Shown here: in pieces, positions 60,105 to 64,000 of the stretch | How positions within the stretch are numbered: position 1 is the stretch's first letter | Layout: each line of letters opens with the position of its first letter | Source: Somniosus microcephalus | Lineage: Eukaryota | Direction of reading: 5' to 3' | Assembly (NCBI GenBank): GCA_052327205.1 | Contig: CM126206.1 | Span: 298,778,001-298,842,000, forward strand | DNA length: 64,000 nucleotides | The notes under the pieces: model-generated | Seen by the model: only the letters and a program-made list of their open reading frames with translations | Database searches by the model: none | What the model was told of the DNA's origin: nothing | Position numbers and translations under genes: made by a program

Positions 60105-60505
60105 ACCACTTGCATTTATATAGCACCTTAACAAAACATCCCAAGGTGCTTCACATGAGCGTTATCAGACAAAATTTGACACAGCCACATGAGATATTAG
60201 GACAGGTGATCAAAAGCATCGTCAAAGAAGTTGGTTTTAAGGGGCAGCTTAAAGGACAGATATGTAAAAAGGCGCGGAGAGGTTTTGGGATTGAATTCCA
60301 GTGGCTTGGGGACCAGGCAGCTGAAGGCACAGCCGCCAATGGTGGGGCGAAGGAAATCGGGGGGATGTACAAGAGGCCAGAATTGGAGGAACACAGAGAT
60401 ATTGGTGGGCTGGAGCAGGCCATGGAGGCATTTGAACACGAGCATAAGAATTTTAAAATCGATGTGCCAATGTAGGTCAGCGAGAACGGGATTTGGTGAG
60501 AGTTA
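60105..60505 (-). mobile_element. L2 LINE 3' end
   Basis: LVFKCLHGL, IGGCAFS; CTTGCATTTATATAGCACC tail. Confidence 0.8.
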
Positions 60506-60584
60506 GCATATCACTCTGCTGGCTCAGACTGTGGCACACTCATGACCTGTGTGGCCCGATCTTGCACTCCGTCTAATGTGCAGT

Positions 60585-61175
60585 CAACAACAACAGCTTA
60601 CATTTATACAGCGCCTTTAAAGTAGTAAATTGTCCAAAGGCGCTTCGCAGGAGCGTCATCAAACAAACTTTGATACCGAGCCACGTAAGGGGATATTAGG
60701 GCAGACGACCAAAAGCTTGGTCAAAGAGGATTTAAGGAGCGTCTTAAAGGAGGAAAGAGAGGTAGCGAGGTGGAGCGGCTTAGGGAGGGAATTCCAGAGC
60801 TCAGAGGCTCAGCAGCCGAAGGCACGGCCACCAATGGTGGAGCGATTAAATTCGGGGATGCCCAAGAGGCCAGAATTGGAGGAGCGCAGATATCGCGGAG
60901 GGTTGTGGGGCTGAAGGAGATTACGGAGATAGGGTGGGGCGAGGCCATGGAGGGATTTGAAAACCAGGATGAGAATTTTAAAATCGAGGCGTTGCTTAAC
61001 CGGGAGCCAGTGTAGGTCAACGAGCACAGGGGTGATGGGCGAACGGGACTTGGTGCGAGTTAGGACACAGGCAGCAGAGTTTAGGACGAGCTTAATTTTA
61101 TGGAGGGTGAAAGATGGGAGGCCGGCCAGGAGTGTATTGGAATAGTCAAGTCTAGAAGTAACAAAGGCATAGATG
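60585..61175 (-). mobile_element. L2 LINE 3' end, young
   Basis: LHWLPVKQRLDFKILILVFKSLHGLAPPYL; (CAA)n tail. Confidence 0.88.
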
Positions 61176-61969
61176 GTCAGTCCGTTTAGCCTTCACCAAC
61201 TGGGCACAGCACAATCAACTGTTCCCTGAAATATGAAAAATCCTCTGTTGCTTCGCACACTCCTAGAAGTTCCTACCCCACAGTGGAACATGTTTACCAC
61301 ATGGTGAGCTGCTGAGTCTAAAGTTTCGGTTGTGAAATTTAATGCTGTGGAACACTGCCAACAGCACCAGCTGGTACTTCCTTAGTCTGGTTTTCAGCCT
61401 GTTTGAGCTGTTTCTCCCCCATACCTTCATTTGTTCTCCAGTAATATATCATGGTTTAATCCTTTTCTGGCCCCTGCATGCATTTGCCTGTTCAGAATGG
61501 ACAGTCCAGTTAACACTTTAAGCGATCTTTGGTTTTTCCTGTAAAACCACAGATGAAGACCCTTTCCGCCTTTAGCTAGTAATTTGTTCCTACAAACTGT
61601 TAGGGTACACCCTGAATCCCGTAAGGCAAATACGGGCTGATTATTCTCGAGTACTGGGATTGTGAACTGCTTAAGGTTTTGTTGAGACTACCTTGATGCA
61701 TAATTTTTGCATCTCACCAGAGTTTTGCACCAATATTTGGTCTCCTCGACTGTGCTCCAGACCCCGTTCCCAATTTCATTACACTTGGAACATCATTATT
61801 TACTAATTTCACCCATTTCAGTCTTATTCTTTGGCTGTAGCTTATCCCACTATCTGCTGTATCATCCTCTGTCAGCCAACATGAGCAGTTTGCTCTTCTG
61901 CTCATTTACTGGTTCCCTAAACGTATGGGACTAATAGTTGACATTCTTAATCAGAGTCATCTGACTTCC

Positions 61970-62795
61970 AATTAAATATTGGGAAGTCTGAAGCCATTGT
62001 CTTTGATCCCCGCCACAAACTCTGTTCCTTAACCACCAACTCCGTCCCTCTCCTTGGCCACTGTCTGAGGCTGAACCAGACCATTCGCAACCTTGCCATC
62101 CTATTTAATCCTGAGCTGAGCTACTGACCCCATATCCTCGCCGTCTACTTCCACCTCCGTAATATCGCCCGTCTCTGCCCCTGCCTCAGCTCATCTGCTG
62201 CTGAAACCCTCATCCATGATTTTGTTACCTCTAGACTTGACTATTCCAACGCTCTCCCGGCCGGCCTCCTAGCTTGCATCCTCCGTAAACTTTAGATCAT
62301 CCAAAACTCTGCTGCCCGTATCCTACCTCACACCAAATCCTGTTCACCCATTAACTCTGTGCTCGGTGACCTACATTGGCTCCTAGCCTGGCAATACCTT
62401 GATTTTAAAATTCTCATCCATGTTTTCAAGTCCCTCCACAGCCTTGCCCCTCCTTATCACTGTAACCTCCTCTAGCCCTACCATGCTCCAAGATCTCTGC
62501 GCTCCTCAAATTCTGGCCTCTTGCGCATCCCTGATCTTCATCACTCCACTATTGGCAGCCGTGCCTTCAGCTGCCTAGGCCCTAAGTTCTGGAATTCCCT
62601 CCCTAAATCTCTCCACCTCTCCTCTTTTAAGACGCTCCTTAAAATCTACCTCTTTGACCAAGCTTTTGGTCACCTGTCTAAATATTTCCTTATGTGGTTC
62701 GGTGTCAAATTTTGTTTGTTAACATTCCTGCGAAGTACATTGGAAGGTTTTACTATGTTAAAGGTGCTATATAAATGCAAATTGTTGTTGTTAGT
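61970..62795 (+). mobile_element. L2 LINE 3' portion
   Basis: YFHLRNIARL, AETLIH.FVTSRLDYSN; ATAAATGCAAATTGTTGTTG tail. Confidence 0.88.
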
Positions 62796-63039
62796 CTGAT
62801 TCATCTGAATCAAGGTTTCCCATTTGCTGTCCTGTAACCATACATGCAAATTATCTGGAATGATGACTGCTAGAAACTGATCTTTCAGCATGAGTTCACT
62901 TACCTTCCCACTTAATTCTGCATATTCCATTTCTAACCAGCTTCTGTGCATCCTACATCTCCTGAGCTAATTCTTTCTACCTGCAATTAGGCACAATTCT
63001 TTGTATTATAGTTGATGCAGAGTTCAGGATCTCTTTATC

Positions 63040-63186
63040 TCTTTGTGGGAGCTTGCTGTGCGCTAATTGGCTGCCCCATTCCCTGCGTTACAGCAGTGAC
63101 TACTCTTCAAAAGTACTTAATTGGCTGCAAAGCGCTTTGGGACGTCCCGAGGTCATGAAAGGCGCTATAGAAATGCAAGCCTTTCA
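63040..63186 (+). mobile_element. Deu-SINE 3' tail
   Basis: TGTGGGAGCTTGCTGTGCGC...AAAGCGCTTTGGGACGTCC...AATGCAAG. Confidence 0.75.
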
Positions 63187-63431
63187 TTTTTTGGGATAAT
63201 GCAGTAAGGCCACATCCACTGTGTAACACTACTCATCTTTCTGCCCATTGTTTCACAGGCCCGCCTGTGATGACCTGCTCACAATTCAAATGCCCTTAAA
63301 AATCCAACTACTGTATGTCTGCCTAGTCAATAAATATTGCAATAAGATTGGACTTACTGCGTCTATTATATACCGGGCCAGATTTCCCATACTTCCACTT
63401 GGGACTGTTTCTGTTGGAAATCATCCTGCTA

Positions 63432-63730
63432 CAGGAAACTCTCTTTTAACCGGCACCTAAATATCCGGAAATCTCTCTTAACCGGCAAAATTCAGGAGTA
63501 GGTTCAGGTAAGTTTTACTATATATTAGTGGCCGTGTAACCGGGGTTCCTGGATCAGTGGCCGTGCAACAGGGACTCCTGGATCTGTGGCCGTGTAACCG
63601 GGACTCCTGCACCTGTGGCCGTGGTACGGGGCTCTCGTACCTTGGTAAATATACCTCTCTGTAATCCGGACTTTTTGATCAACCAGCACCACGCCGGTCC
63701 CGTCGGTGCTGGATAAAAAAGAATTTCCTG
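63432..63730. mobile_element. MITE with internal ~29-bp minisatellite
   Basis: TA|CAGGAAACTCT...AGAATTTCCTG|TA; GTGGCCGTG...TCCTG unit about 3.5 times at 63528-63635. Confidence 0.8.
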
Positions 63731-63959
63731 TATTGTGAAGTCATGCAGCCACTGCTGCTCCATTACTTCAGCGTCCTGCCTGTACAGAGCCCGCACGTGC
63801 TGGCGGAGTTGCACATTTTCTTCCTCCTCGTGCTTGCACTGCTCCCTACAGTCTCCAGTTTAAGAACTTTTAACTGGTGCACGTGTTCTTTATCTTTTTC
63901 CTCTGCTGCCAGACCGGCTAATTCTCACTATTTTTCTCGCCCTGGGCTAATTTTTCCCA

Positions 63960-64000
63960 ATGAAGCTCAATGGAAGCTCGAGGAACAGCACCTCATCTTT
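63960..64000 (+). mobile_element. Penelope GIY-YIG fragment at the window edge
   Basis: EAQWKLEEQHLIF matches the protein at 27902-28231. Confidence 0.75.

Larger units (their letters stand above)
61180..63955 (-). mobile_element. Fragmented Gmr1-like Gypsy LTR retrotransposon (gag/SCAN-like and protease)
   Basis: Minus strand ~61560-61657 reads PVLENNQPVFALRDSGCTLTVCRNKL (retropepsin DSG); ~62810-62950 reads ELMLKDQFLAVIIPDNLHVWLQDSK (SCAN/capsid-like). Split by L2, SINE and MITE insertions. Confidence 0.65.

Overview
Vertebrate genomic DNA, most likely a cartilaginous fish (inferred from the repeat families and the degree of protein divergence), not a prokaryotic window. The + strand carries a complete 15-exon PRPF4B/PRP4K gene. 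It runs from ATG 3746 to TAA 52217 and splices to 3105 nt (1034 aa) with all GT-AG junctions in phase, from a CpG-island promoter with an NRF1 site and three tandem ZNF143-type sites. Introns and flanks hold decayed CR1, L2, RTE and Penelope retroelements, Deu-domain and AmnSINE2-like SINEs, four TA-flanked MITEs and a fragmented Gmr1-like Gypsy relic. The most unusual observations are: a partial duplicate of the kinase activation-loop exon with an intact donor; a long-range 3'UTR helix covering a consensus 5' splice site; candidate poison acceptors; a 209-bp palindrome with two degenerate minimal hammerhead motifs; and a possible convergent gene end. Exon coordinates were read base by base. 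Repeat boundaries are approximate and family names come from recalled consensus sequences, not a database search.
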